Sequence record: NC_008515.1
DNA: 64,000 bases
Direction: 5' to 3' (one strand)
Origin: Escherichia phage RB32
The notes under the pieces are model-generated. The model had not been told where the DNA came from. It made no database searches and saw only the letters and a program-made list of their open reading frames with translations. A program made the position numbers and the translations under genes. Positions 49,451-59,715 of the stretch are shown here, piece after piece; within the stretch, counting starts at the first letter, position 1, and each line of letters starts with the position of its first letter.

Positions 49451-50625
49451 TGAGTATGTTGCAACGCCCCGGATATCCAAATCTCAGCGTTAAATTATTT
49501 GATAGCTACGACGCTTGGAGTAATAATAGATTTGTTGAATTAGCTGCTACTATTACTACATTAACTATGCGGGATTCTCTTTATGGCCGAAATGAAGGAA
49601 TGCTGCAGTTTTATGATTCTAAAAACATCCATACAAAAATGGATGGAAATGAAATAATTCAGATTTCTGTAGCTAATGCAAACGATATTAATAATGTTAA
49701 AACACGAATTTATGGATGTAAGCATTTTTCCGTGTCAGTAGATTCAAAGGGTGATAACATCATTGCTATTGAATTGGGAACTATTCATTCTATAGAAAAT
49801 CTTAAATTTGGCAGACCGTTTTTCCCTGATGCAGGTGAATCTATAAAAGAAATGCTTGGCGTCATTTATCAAGACCGCACATTATTAACTCCAGCAATAA
49901 ATGCTATAAATGCTTATGTTCCTGATATTCCGTGGACTAGCACATTTGAAAACTATTTGTCATATGTAAGAGAAGTTGCTCTAGCTGTAGGAAGCGACAA
50001 ATTTGTATTTGTATGGCAAGACATCATGGGAGTTAACATGATGGACTATGATATGATGATAAATCAAGAACCATATCCAATGATTGTCGGTGAGCCATCT
50101 TTAATAGGTCAATTCATCCAAGAATTAAAATATCCATTAGCATATGATTTCGTTTGGTTGACTAAATCGAATCCTCACAAACGTGACCCAATGAAAAATG
50201 CTACTATCTATGCTCATTCATTTTTAGATTCTTCATTGCCAATGATTACTACAGGAAAGGGCGAAAACTCTATTGTAGTGTCAAGATCAGGTGCTTATTC
50301 TGAAATGACTTATAGGAATGGATATGAAGAAGCTATTCGTCTTCAAACTATGGCACAATATGACGGCTATGCTAAATGTTCTACTGTCGGTAATTTTAAC
50401 TTGACTCCTGGCGTTAAAATTATTTTTAATGATAGTAAAAACCAATTTAAAACAGAATTTTACGTTGATGAAGTTATCCATGAATTATCCAATAATAATT
50501 CAGTAACTCATCTATATATGTTCACTAATGCAACGAAACTGGAAACAATAGACCCAGTTAAGGTTAAAAATGAATTTAAATCTGATACTACCACTGAAGA
50601 AAGTAGTTCTTCCAATAAGCAATAA
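49450..50625 (+). CDS. 27: gp27 baseplate hub protein
   Basis: 391 aa. Confidence 0.9.
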   Translation: MSMLQRPGYPNLSVKLFDSYDAWSNNRFVELAATITTLTMRDSLYGRNEGMLQFYDSKNIHTKMDGNEIIQISVANANDINNVKTRIYGCKHFSVSVDSKGDNIIAIELGTIHSIENLKFGRPFFPDAGESIKEMLGVIYQDRTLLTPAINAINAYVPDIPWTSTFENYLSYVREVALAVGSDKFVFVWQDIMGVNMMDYDMMINQEPYPMIVGEPSLIGQFIQELKYPLAYDFVWLTKSNPHKRDPMKNATIYAHSFLDSSLPMITTGKGENSIVVSRSGAYSEMTYRNGYEEAIRLQTMAQYDGYAKCSTVGNFNLTPGVKIIFNDSKNQFKTEFYVDEVIHELSNNNSVTHLYMFTNATKLETIDPVKVKNEFKSDTTTEESSSSNKQ

Positions 50626-51103
50626 AGAAGTTTCTATTCCTAAAATGGGTCTTAAACATTATAATATTTTAAAAGATGTTAAAGGTCCTGATGAAAATTT
50701 AAAACTTCTTATTGATTCTATTTGTCCGAATTTATCACCGGCAGAAGTTGATTTCGTTTCCATTCATTTATTGGAATTTAATGGAAAGATTAAATCTCGT
50801 AAAGAAATAGATGGATATACTTATGACATAAATGATGTTTATGTATGCCAAAGATTAGAGTTTCAATACCAAGGAAATACATTTTATTTTAGACCTCCTG
50901 GAAAATTTGAACAATTTTTAACTGTGAGTGATATGTTATCCAAATGCTTGCTTAAGGTCAATGATGAAGTTAAAGAAATTAATTTTCTTGAGATGCCAGC
51001 ATTCGTTTTAAAATGGGCAAATGATATTTTTACAACTTTAGCAATTCCTGGCCCTAATGGTCCAATAACTGGAATTGGCAATATTATTGGATTATTTGAA
51101 TGA
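50570..51103 (+). CDS. 28: gp28 baseplate hub distal subunit
   Basis: 177 aa; overlaps the end of gene 27. Confidence 0.85.
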   Translation: MNLNLILPLKKVVLPISNKEVSIPKMGLKHYNILKDVKGPDENLKLLIDSICPNLSPAEVDFVSIHLLEFNGKIKSRKEIDGYTYDINDVYVCQRLEFQYQGNTFYFRPPGKFEQFLTVSDMLSKCLLKVNDEVKEINFLEMPAFVLKWANDIFTTLAIPGPNGPITGIGNIIGLFE

Positions 51104-52872
51104 AAAAGCCACAAGAAATGCAAACGATGCGTAGAAAAGTTATTTCAGATAATAAACCAACACAGGAAGCGGCTAAATCCGCTTCCAACACTTTATCTGG
51201 GCTTAATGACATTTCTACAAAATTGGATGATGCTCAAGCTGCTTCTGAATTAATTGCTCAAACTGTCGAAGAAAAATCGAATGAAATAATTGGAGCAATT
51301 GACAATGTAGAAAGTGCAGTGAGTGATACTACTGCTGGTTCTGAATTAATTGCTGAAACTGTTGAAATTGGCAACAATATTAATAAAGAAATCGGTGAAT
51401 CACTCGGGAGCAAATTAGATAAATTAACAAGTTTACTAGAGCAAAAAATTCAGACAGCTGGAATTCAACAGACTGGGACTAGTTTAGCTACAGTTGAAAG
51501 CGCTATTCCTGTTAAAGTCGTTGAGGATGATACTGCTGAATCTGTGGGTCCTTTATTACCGGCTCCCGAAGCAGTTAATAATGATCCTGACGCTGATTTT
51601 TTCCCTGCCCCTCAGCCAGTTGAGCCAAAGCAAGAATCACCAGAAGAAAAACAGAAAAAAGAAGCATTTAACTTAAAATTATCTCAAGCTTTAGATAAAT
51701 TAACAAAGACTGTTGATTTTGGATTTAAGAAATCCATTTCAATTAGTGATAAAATATCAAGCATGTTATTTAAGTACACCATCAGTGCTGCTATTGAAGC
51801 TGCTAAAATGACTGCAATGATATTGGCTGTTGTTGTTGGAATAGACCTGTTGATGGTTCATTTTAAATACTGGTCAGATAAATTTTCAAAAGCCTGGGAT
51901 TTATTTAATACTGACTTTACTAAATTCTCTAGCGAAACCGGAACATGGGGTCCTTTATTACAGAGCATCTTTGATTCTATTGATGAAATTAAAAAGTTCT
52001 GGGAAGCGGGAGATTGGGGTGGATTGACAGTAGCTATTGTAGAAGGGCTTGGAAAGGTTCTTTATAATTTAGGAGAACTTATTCAGCTTGGAATGGCTAA
52101 ATTATCTGCGGCAATTCTTCGAGTCATTCCTGGCATGAAGGATACCGCTGATGAAGTAGAAGGAAGAGCACTAGAAAATTTCCAAAATACTACAAATGCT
52201 TCTCTTAGCAAAGAAGACCAAGAAAAAGTTGCAAATTATCAATATAAAAGAATGAATGGAGACCTTGGTCCGATAGCAAAAGGGTTAGACAAAATTGCGA
52301 ACTGGAAAACTCGTGCATCTAACTGGATTCGTGGCGTTGATAATAAAGAAGCACTAACGACTGATGAAGAGAGAGCAGAGGAAGAAGAAAAATTAAAGCA
52401 ACTTTCTCCGGAGGAAGCTAAAATTGCTTTAATGAAAGCTAATGAAGCTCGTGCTGCTATGAATCGTTTTGATCAATACGCCGATTCAGCTGATATGAGT
52501 AAAGACTCAACAGTTAAATCAGTTGAAGCTGCCTATGAAGACCTTAAAAAACGGATGGATGACCCGGATTTAAATAATTCACCGGCAGTTAAAAAAGAAC
52601 TTGCTGCTAGATTTTCTAAAATTGATGCTACATATCAAGAGCTCAAGAAAAATCAGCCTAATGCCAAACCTGAAACTTCTGCTAAATCGCCAGAAGCAAA
52701 ACAAGTCCAGGTAATAGAAAAGAACAAAGCACAGCAAGCTCCTGTTCAACAAGCATCTCCTTCAATCAATAATACTAATAATGTTATTAAGAAAAATACT
52801 GTCGTTCATAATATGACACCTGTTACGAGTACAACTGCTCCTGGTGTATTTGATGCGACTGGAGTTAATTAA
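51100..52872 (+). CDS. 29: gp29 tail tape-measure / baseplate hub protein
   Basis: 590 aa, low-complexity Ala/Glu-rich. Confidence 0.9.
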   Translation: MKKPQEMQTMRRKVISDNKPTQEAAKSASNTLSGLNDISTKLDDAQAASELIAQTVEEKSNEIIGAIDNVESAVSDTTAGSELIAETVEIGNNINKEIGESLGSKLDKLTSLLEQKIQTAGIQQTGTSLATVESAIPVKVVEDDTAESVGPLLPAPEAVNNDPDADFFPAPQPVEPKQESPEEKQKKEAFNLKLSQALDKLTKTVDFGFKKSISISDKISSMLFKYTISAAIEAAKMTAMILAVVVGIDLLMVHFKYWSDKFSKAWDLFNTDFTKFSSETGTWGPLLQSIFDSIDEIKKFWEAGDWGGLTVAIVEGLGKVLYNLGELIQLGMAKLSAAILRVIPGMKDTADEVEGRALENFQNTTNASLSKEDQEKVANYQYKRMNGDLGPIAKGLDKIANWKTRASNWIRGVDNKEALTTDEERAEEEEKLKQLSPEEAKIALMKANEARAAMNRFDQYADSADMSKDSTVKSVEAAYEDLKKRMDDPDLNNSPAVKKELAARFSKIDATYQELKKNQPNAKPETSAKSPEAKQVQVIEKNKAQQAPVQQASPSINNTNNVIKKNTVVHNMTPVTSTTAPGVFDATGVN

Positions 52873-52880
52873 GGAATAAT

Positions 52881-53975
52881 ATGGCAATTGTTAAAGAAAT
52901 AACTGCTGATTTAATTAAAAAGTCCGGTGAGAAAATTTCAGCCGGACAGAGTACTAAATCAGAAGTAGGAACTAAAACATACACTGCCCAGTTTCCAACT
53001 GGGCGTGCTAGTGGTAATGACACTACAGGGGACTTCCAGGTAACAGATCTATATAAGAATGGATTATTATTTACTGCATACAATATGTCATCTAGGGATT
53101 CTGGAAGTCTTAGATCGATGAGATCTAACTACTCTTCTTCATCTTCGAGTATTTTACGTACAGCCAGAAACACTATTAGTAGTACAGTATCAAAACTATC
53201 AAATGGATTAATATCAAATAATAATTCAGGAACAATAAGTAAAGCTCCTATCGCAAATATTCTTTTACCGAGATCTAAATCCGATGTTGATACATCATCA
53301 CATAGATTTAATGATGTTCAAGAAAGTCTTATCAGCAGAGGCGGAGGTACTGCTACTGGAGTGCTAAGTAATATTGCTTCAACCGCAGTATTTGGGGCGT
53401 TGGAAAGTATAACACAAGGTATAATGGCTGATAATAATGAACAGATTTATACGACAGCCAGAAGTATGTATGGTGGTGCTGAAAATAGAACTAAAGTGTT
53501 TACATGGGATTTGACTCCACGTTCAACAGAAGATTTAATGGCTATTATTAATATCTATCAATATTTTAACTATTTTTCTTATGGTGAAACGGGTAAATCT
53601 CAATATGCTGCTGAAATAAAGGGGTATTTAGATGATTGGTATCGTTCTACGTTAATTGAACCTTTATCTCCGGAAGACGCAGCTAAAAATAAAACACTAT
53701 TTGAGAAAATGACATCGAGTTTAACTAACGTTCTAGTAGTTTCAAACCCGACAGTTTGGATGGTGAAAAACTTTGGTGCAACATCTAAGTTTGATGGAAA
53801 AACGGAAATATTTGGTCCATGCCAAATACAGAGCATAAGATTTGATAAAACACCTAATGGTAACTTTAACGGATTAGCTATTGCTCCAAACCTCCCTAGT
53901 ACATTTACTCTCGAGATTACTATGAGAGAAATTATCACGTTAAACCGTGCTTCTTTATATGCGGGGACTTTTTAA
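52881..53975 (+). CDS. 48: gp48 baseplate tail-tube cap
   Basis: 364 aa. Confidence 0.9.
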   Translation: MAIVKEITADLIKKSGEKISAGQSTKSEVGTKTYTAQFPTGRASGNDTTGDFQVTDLYKNGLLFTAYNMSSRDSGSLRSMRSNYSSSSSSILRTARNTISSTVSKLSNGLISNNNSGTISKAPIANILLPRSKSDVDTSSHRFNDVQESLISRGGGTATGVLSNIASTAVFGALESITQGIMADNNEQIYTTARSMYGGAENRTKVFTWDLTPRSTEDLMAIINIYQYFNYFSYGETGKSQYAAEIKGYLDDWYRSTLIEPLSPEDAAKNKTLFEKMTSSLTNVLVVSNPTVWMVKNFGATSKFDGKTEIFGPCQIQSIRFDKTPNGNFNGLAIAPNLPSTFTLEITMREIITLNRASLYAGTF

Positions 53976-54940
53976 TGTATTCTTTAGAGGAATTTAATAA
54001 TCAAGCAATAAACGCAGATTTCCAACGTAATAATATGTTTAGCTGCGTTTTTGCAACAACTCCATCAACTAAAAGCTCTTCGTTGATAAGTTCAATTAGC
54101 AACTTTTCTTATAATAACTTGGGCCTAAATTCAGATTGGTTAGGATTAACCCAAGGTGATATTAATCAGGGAATTACCACGCTAATTACAGCTGGCACAC
54201 AAAAACTGATAAGAAAATCAGGGGTTAGTAAATATCTTATTGGTGCCATGAGTCAACGTACAGTTCAAAGTTTATTAGGCTCATTTACAGTTGGTACATA
54301 TTTAATTGACTTCTTTAACATGGCATATAACTCATCTGGATTGATGATATATTCCGTAAAAATGCCAGAGAATAGATTATCCTATGAAACTGACTGGAAC
54401 TATAATTCTCCTAATATTCGTATAACTGGGAGAGAATTAGACCCTTTGGTTATTTCATTTAGAATGGATTCAGAAGCTTGTAACTATCGTGCAATGCAAG
54501 ACTGGGTTAACTCTGTTCAAGACCCAGTAACTGGATTACGTGCTTTGCCACAAGATGTCGAGGCAGATATTCAGGTTAATCTTCATTCTCGTAATGGATT
54601 GCCTCATACTGCGGTGATGTTCACCGGATGCATTCCAGTGTCAGTGAGCGCTCCTGAGTTATCATATGATGGAGATAACCAAATAACTACATTTGATGTT
54701 ACTTTTGCGTATAGAGTCATGCAGGCTGGAGCAGTTGATAGACAAGCTGCGCTTGAATGGCTTGAATCTGCTGCTATAAATGGTATTCAAAGCGTTCTCG
54801 GAAATAGTGGAGGTGTTACTGGACTATCTAATTCGCTTTCACGACTCAGTAGATTAGGGGGAACTGCAGGAAGCATTTCAAACATTAATACTATGACAGG
54901 AATTGTCAATTCGCAAAGTAAAATATTAGGAGCAATATAA
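53975..54940 (+). CDS. 54: gp54 baseplate tail-tube initiator
   Basis: 321 aa. Confidence 0.9.
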   Translation: MYSLEEFNNQAINADFQRNNMFSCVFATTPSTKSSSLISSISNFSYNNLGLNSDWLGLTQGDINQGITTLITAGTQKLIRKSGVSKYLIGAMSQRTVQSLLGSFTVGTYLIDFFNMAYNSSGLMIYSVKMPENRLSYETDWNYNSPNIRITGRELDPLVISFRMDSEACNYRAMQDWVNSVQDPVTGLRALPQDVEADIQVNLHSRNGLPHTAVMFTGCIPVSVSAPELSYDGDNQITTFDVTFAYRVMQAGAVDRQAALEWLESAAINGIQSVLGNSGGVTGLSNSLSRLSRLGGTAGSISNINTMTGIVNSQSKILGAI

Positions 54941-54943
54941 CAA

Positions 54944-54970
54944 TGGGGACCTTTCGGTCCCCATATTTTT
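54944..54970 (+). terminator. Intrinsic terminator after gene 54
   Basis: GGGGACCTTTCGGTCCCC hairpin + ATATTTTTATTT. Confidence 0.65.
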
Positions 54971-55259
54971 ATTTACGGAATGAAATGAAAGCAGCAACTG
55001 AAGCAACTAAACTGTCTTCAATATAAACTTCAATTTTTACCGGAGCTTCTGACTCGAATTTACCTGTTACTACACCCTGAAAAATACTTTCAGTCTGTTC
55101 TGGCTTTGAAAAATTTTCAGAAGGAAAAATTCCGAACTTTTTATCTGTTCCAAAAATTTTAATAAATTCATCGTAAACTGCTTCATTAAAAGCATTATCA
55201 GCAGGAATAACGCCTTCAACTACAAGTTCTTGACCTAAAAAGCGTAAAGAAGATTTCAT
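54969..55259 (-). CDS. Hypothetical protein, 96 aa (last gene of the alt transcription unit)
   Basis: ORF track; position between gene 54 and the Alt paralogs. Confidence 0.6.
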   Translation of the reverse strand: MKSSLRFLGQELVVEGVIPADNAFNEAVYDEFIKIFGTDKKFGIFPSENFSKPEQTESIFQGVVTGKFESEAPVKIEVYIEDSLVASVAAFISFRK

Positions 55260-55319
55260 TTTGTGTTCCTCATGTTATGTCAGTAAGACTACTATAACAC
55301 AACACGAGGGACTTGTAAA

Positions 55320-57377
55320 CTACATTTTGAACTTTTTAGACATTCCGTTGATGTTAACCAAAGAAGCTAAGATTTGAGAAACTTCATTTTCCTCTTCTTT
55401 TGATTCTTCTACAAGGAATTGATTAAATCCAGTCATTGGACGAACTTCACCAGTTTCCATTAGATGGTCGCCATCATATACTGATTCCTCTAATTGTTCA
55501 GAAGGAGGAACGATTGTACCTTCGATTAGATACTTGTTATAAGCAGTTTCTTTCATAAAGTACGTACTTACTTTATTAATCTTCAGTAAAATTCCACGCG
55601 GTAGAATAACTTCAGCTTCTGATGGAAATCCTGATAAATGACCTGGAACGATAACTTTGATTCGCTCAGCTCCTTTAATTACCATACCCACGCTAGTTTC
55701 AGCATCTTCATTGGCATATGTAGAATGACTACCCGTATGCATTAAATCTTCTGCATCAACGGAACCTTCTCCTTCACCAGAAAATACTGCGCCGGAATCA
55801 TCTAGAGCCATATAGTTTTTACCATGCTCACCGAAGATATTTGGTTTAAGCGATGTGGATACGAAGTTCTTGAAATAGAACATTTTATTTTCAATGTTAT
55901 GACGCAAAGTTTTAAAGGTAACTTCTTGTCCACGATAAAGCGTAGTTCCTGGAGGAAGAACCGAACCTTTAGCGAATGCAGAATCCAACGTCTCGATGTG
56001 CTTAATGGCACGTTCCATATATTCTTCACGGGTAGAATCTGGTTTACCCAAAAGGAACGAGTTCATTTCAACATATGAATCTGCACAATAATCTTCAATT
56101 ACATCAGATTCAGCTTGAGTTAATCCTTTTGGAGTTACTTCGGTGCTTGCGTATTCATATGCCTGAGCGGCAGATTCATTAATCAATTTATAAATGCCAT
56201 TCATTACAAATTGAATAATAGCTGTCTTTTCATCTGGCGTAGCTTTAGAACCTTTAACCAAATCATTGATAATTTTCTTAATAACATCAAAGCTATTAGA
56301 AATATTAATATCAGCAAGATCGCTTAAAATTTTATCAGTTTTATAATCAAAGAATTCTTTATTCTTTAAATATTCTTGAGAACCTTGATATGTTATATCG
56401 CTCTGCAACTTGATGGATGGATCACGTAAACGTGCATGGGCTAATGCAATATGATTTCGGAAGTTTTCTAGTTCATAATCGCTAGATTTAAAACGAGAAG
56501 CACTCCTCATACCACCGATAGCTCCTTTGCTGAAGTTTGAACCAATCTGAATAACGCCAGAGTTCATTGGTCCTTCTGCTTTATATACCGGAACTTTAGA
56601 TTCAAACTCTTGATATTTCTTAGCAGCGAAGCTATCACCCTGAAGTGAAGCATCAACAGTAGAATATTGAGCTTGTGCTGCTAATCGACGACTAATTTTA
56701 GTTTTCTGAATAACAGCTTGGTCCGTGCGCTTATCATTTTCTAAAGCAATAGAAGCAGCAACAGCGACAGCTTTAGGAACAGCATTACCTGTTTTAACGT
56801 CTACATAAACATCACCAACCTTTGATTCAACTTTTGTGAATAACTCAGTTGAAATAGGAGGTACACCTGGAATGTCTTCTAAATTGGCATTTTTACGGTA
56901 AACCATAATATATGCATACTTTTTATCATAGTCCCAGATTTCCTTTAAAAGAACATATCGACCTGCTCCTTTAGTACGTACTAAACGGTCAGCAATAACT
57001 TGCATTTGACGAGCAGCGCCATTTGTTTTACTTTTTAGTACGCGGAATAGGCATGCGTCAATTTTATACTGCTTCATTGTTTGAAGAGCAGTATCAAAAA
57101 CAGCATTAATGACACCAATTGGATTTCCACCCAAGTTTCTAAGCTTAACCAGCGATAATTTCTCGTTGACACCTATCATTACGATATGCATCATTTTATC
57201 GCCTGGCTTAACGTTTTTATTCGTATCACCACCAGAGGTGTATGTACAAAATCTAAATCCAGGAAGCACGCTTTCTTCGCCGGCTTGAATAGCAAAAATT
57301 TGTGGTATTTTATGCTTAGGATTTAAGTTAACAACCGGCGCCGAAGCGCCGTCAAATAATTCTGTAATAAGTTCCAT
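55320..57377 (-). CDS. Alt-family ADP-ribosyltransferase paralog, 685 aa
   Basis: N-terminal about 230 aa closely parallels the adjacent alt product (MELITELFD..., KIDAC, GRYVLLKE.WDYDKKYAYI); C-terminal ART motifs YRGQ...STS...EAEVILPRG. Confidence 0.8.
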   Translation of the reverse strand: MELITELFDGASAPVVNLNPKHKIPQIFAIQAGEESVLPGFRFCTYTSGGDTNKNVKPGDKMMHIVMIGVNEKLSLVKLRNLGGNPIGVINAVFDTALQTMKQYKIDACLFRVLKSKTNGAARQMQVIADRLVRTKGAGRYVLLKEIWDYDKKYAYIMVYRKNANLEDIPGVPPISTELFTKVESKVGDVYVDVKTGNAVPKAVAVAASIALENDKRTDQAVIQKTKISRRLAAQAQYSTVDASLQGDSFAAKKYQEFESKVPVYKAEGPMNSGVIQIGSNFSKGAIGGMRSASRFKSSDYELENFRNHIALAHARLRDPSIKLQSDITYQGSQEYLKNKEFFDYKTDKILSDLADINISNSFDVIKKIINDLVKGSKATPDEKTAIIQFVMNGIYKLINESAAQAYEYASTEVTPKGLTQAESDVIEDYCADSYVEMNSFLLGKPDSTREEYMERAIKHIETLDSAFAKGSVLPPGTTLYRGQEVTFKTLRHNIENKMFYFKNFVSTSLKPNIFGEHGKNYMALDDSGAVFSGEGEGSVDAEDLMHTGSHSTYANEDAETSVGMVIKGAERIKVIVPGHLSGFPSEAEVILPRGILLKINKVSTYFMKETAYNKYLIEGTIVPPSEQLEESVYDGDHLMETGEVRPMTGFNQFLVEESKEEENEVSQILASLVNINGMSKKFKM

Positions 57378-57380
57378 GAT

Positions 57381-59474
57381 TTATCCTTGAACGAACTTGT
57401 AAGGCATGTTTGTAATATCTATGCAAGACGCAATAATTCCAAGAGATGATTCTACTTTCTGTTTAACATTTGATGAAACAAATGATGCAAAGTCAACTCT
57501 GTCTTCTACTTCAATATCACCTGTCATTGCAACTACTTCGCCGGTTTCCATTAGACAGTCTCCGTCATAAATTACCGATTCGGTGAGTTCTTCTGTGGTC
57601 ATAACTTCAGCTTGAATGAGTTTTGTATTATTAGATGTTGTTCCGTCATTATTAGAAGCATCAGTTATTTTATTAACTTTGACCATCAACCCGCGCGGTA
57701 GAATAACTTCAGCTTCTGTTGCTATTCCGAGACTTCCTGGATATACAACATTAACTTTATGAGCTCCATCAATTGCCCATCCTATTTGAACTTTAACGTA
57801 TTCAGGATTTTCTTTATACGCTCTTATTTCGTTTGGATTAATAGTTATTCCTTCTTCATTTTTATCAACTGTTAATTCGTTACGAGCTTCTGGTTCTAAA
57901 AGACCAATACCAGCATGTGTAATTCCAAAACGTCCAAAAATGATAGGAGTTAAAGAAGTAGATACAAAATTTCTGAAATAGAACACTTTATTTTTAACTA
58001 GTGCTTCGTATATAGGAGCAGTCATACTTTGAGCACGATAAACTGTAATGCCTTCCGGTATGCGGTCACCATTTTCAAAAGCTGAATCTAAATTATTTAT
58101 AGCAGATTCAATTTCTTTTTCACTCATTACATCATATCGTTCTGGATTGTAACGACCTAAAAGAAGATTATTAATGTCTGTATATCCTGAACCACAATAC
58201 TCTCTAATACCGCGCTTTTGTGATGGAGTATATTTAGAACCATCACGGGCAATAGTAATATCAATCATTGGACCAGCACCAATTCCAGAAAAGCTATAAA
58301 TCATTCGTTTGAGGAATTTAGTTTTTGCTGCATTCCAGGCATTTTTAGTTATTTCTCCCCAGACTTCATCTGGTTGCCCTTTACGAGTTTTATTATGTTT
58401 ATCAAGCCAATTATCTTTATATTCTTCAAAGAATTTATTAACAGCTGCTGCGTATTTCTCTAAACATTTTATTGAAGTAGTTGGCTCATTTTTTATCGCG
58501 TTAAAAATTACATCTTTAATTTTTTCGGAAACTTCATCAACCTCACTTTTTGAAAAGAATTTATAGTCATAGTGAAGTTCATTCGCAGTTCCTTCGGCAA
58601 TAATTTTTGCTGCCTTAGTTTTAGAAGCTAATGAATTAATTCCAAGCTTCATTTCTTCTGCTTCGGGAATTAAAGGAGCGGTAGCAGGTTTATTGAAATT
58701 AGCTGCGGTAGATTCATACTTCTGGAATAATTCACTTTCAAACCTAGAAGATTCCAATGATTGACTTTGCGCAATTGCTCTACGGGAAATTTTAACTTTA
58801 ACGATTACAGCTTGGTCAGAACGTTTATCATTTTCTTGCGCAATAGATGCTGCAATTGCCTCATTTTTAGTTACTTGGGCTCCAGTATCTTTATTGATAT
58901 AAACATCACCGACCTTCGATTCAACTTTAGTAAAGAGCTCGGTACTAATTTCCGGAACTCCTGGAATGTCTTCTAGTGATACATTTTTGCGATGTATAAG
59001 AATATATGCATACTTTTTATCATAATCCCAGAGTTCCTTAAGAAGGACGTATCTACCACCTGAACGACTACGGATAAGTCTATCAGCAATAACTTGAATT
59101 TGTCGAGCTTGGCCAGCAGTTTTAGACTTAAGAATACGAAGCATACAAGCATCAATTTTATACTGACGCATCGTTTGCATTGCAACAGTAAAAACTGAAT
59201 TGATATAATTAATTGGGCTTGGACCAAGACCTTTTAATTTAGCAATTGAACCTTTAGCAGTTAATGTAAAAGGAACAATATGCATCATTTTATCGCCCAT
59301 TTTTAAATCGCGATTAGTATCACCTCCAGATGTATAGGTACATAAACGAAAGCCTGGTTGTTCAATTGCATCATCAACATGAACTGAAAAAATTTGCGGT
59401 ATTTTCTTCTTTGGATTTAAGTTTGTAATCGGAAGAGTAGTATCTTCGTCAAATAATTCTGTAATGAGTTCCAT
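57381..59474 (-). CDS. alt: Alt ADP-ribosyltransferase (injected head protein)
   Basis: Near-identical to T4 Alt as recalled (MELITELFDEDTTLPITNL...); R-S-E ART motifs; start taken at second Met. Confidence 0.85.
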   Translation of the reverse strand: MELITELFDEDTTLPITNLNPKKKIPQIFSVHVDDAIEQPGFRLCTYTSGGDTNRDLKMGDKMMHIVPFTLTAKGSIAKLKGLGPSPINYINSVFTVAMQTMRQYKIDACMLRILKSKTAGQARQIQVIADRLIRSRSGGRYVLLKELWDYDKKYAYILIHRKNVSLEDIPGVPEISTELFTKVESKVGDVYINKDTGAQVTKNEAIAASIAQENDKRSDQAVIVKVKISRRAIAQSQSLESSRFESELFQKYESTAANFNKPATAPLIPEAEEMKLGINSLASKTKAAKIIAEGTANELHYDYKFFSKSEVDEVSEKIKDVIFNAIKNEPTTSIKCLEKYAAAVNKFFEEYKDNWLDKHNKTRKGQPDEVWGEITKNAWNAAKTKFLKRMIYSFSGIGAGPMIDITIARDGSKYTPSQKRGIREYCGSGYTDINNLLLGRYNPERYDVMSEKEIESAINNLDSAFENGDRIPEGITVYRAQSMTAPIYEALVKNKVFYFRNFVSTSLTPIIFGRFGITHAGIGLLEPEARNELTVDKNEEGITINPNEIRAYKENPEYVKVQIGWAIDGAHKVNVVYPGSLGIATEAEVILPRGLMVKVNKITDASNNDGTTSNNTKLIQAEVMTTEELTESVIYDGDCLMETGEVVAMTGDIEVEDRVDFASFVSSNVKQKVESSLGIIASCIDITNMPYKFVQG

Positions 59475-59526
59475 CATATCCTCTCTAGTGTTTATTCTAT
59501 TTATAAAATTAAAGGCCCGAAGGCCT

Positions 59527-59715
59527 TTAATAATCTATTGGTAAGAGAGTACGATATATTTCAAACTTTGGACCTTTTTCATAGGCATCAAATGTTTCTG
59601 TGAATTTATTATAAGCATATGCATCTATAAATTCAATCATGATTTGTGATACAGAAGTAGAAACATCTCCACCTTCTTTTTGAGCCACGACAATTGTTTC
59701 TAAGTAAGCTTTCAT
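59527..59715 (-). CDS. Small hypothetical protein, 62 aa
   Basis: ORF track; overlaps the gene 30 stop by 4 nt. Confidence 0.5.
   Translation of the reverse strand: MKAYLETIVVAQKEGGDVSTSVSQIMIEFIDAYAYNKFTETFDAYEKGPKFEIYRTLLPIDY

Noticed and set aside
50884-51123. 79-aa minus-strand ORF overlapping the gene 28/29 junction
   Set aside because: Antisense to conserved baseplate genes with no expression signals.
55802-56078. Short ORFs on both strands inside the Alt paralog
   Set aside because: Wholly contained within a long, motif-supported CDS; likely chance frames.
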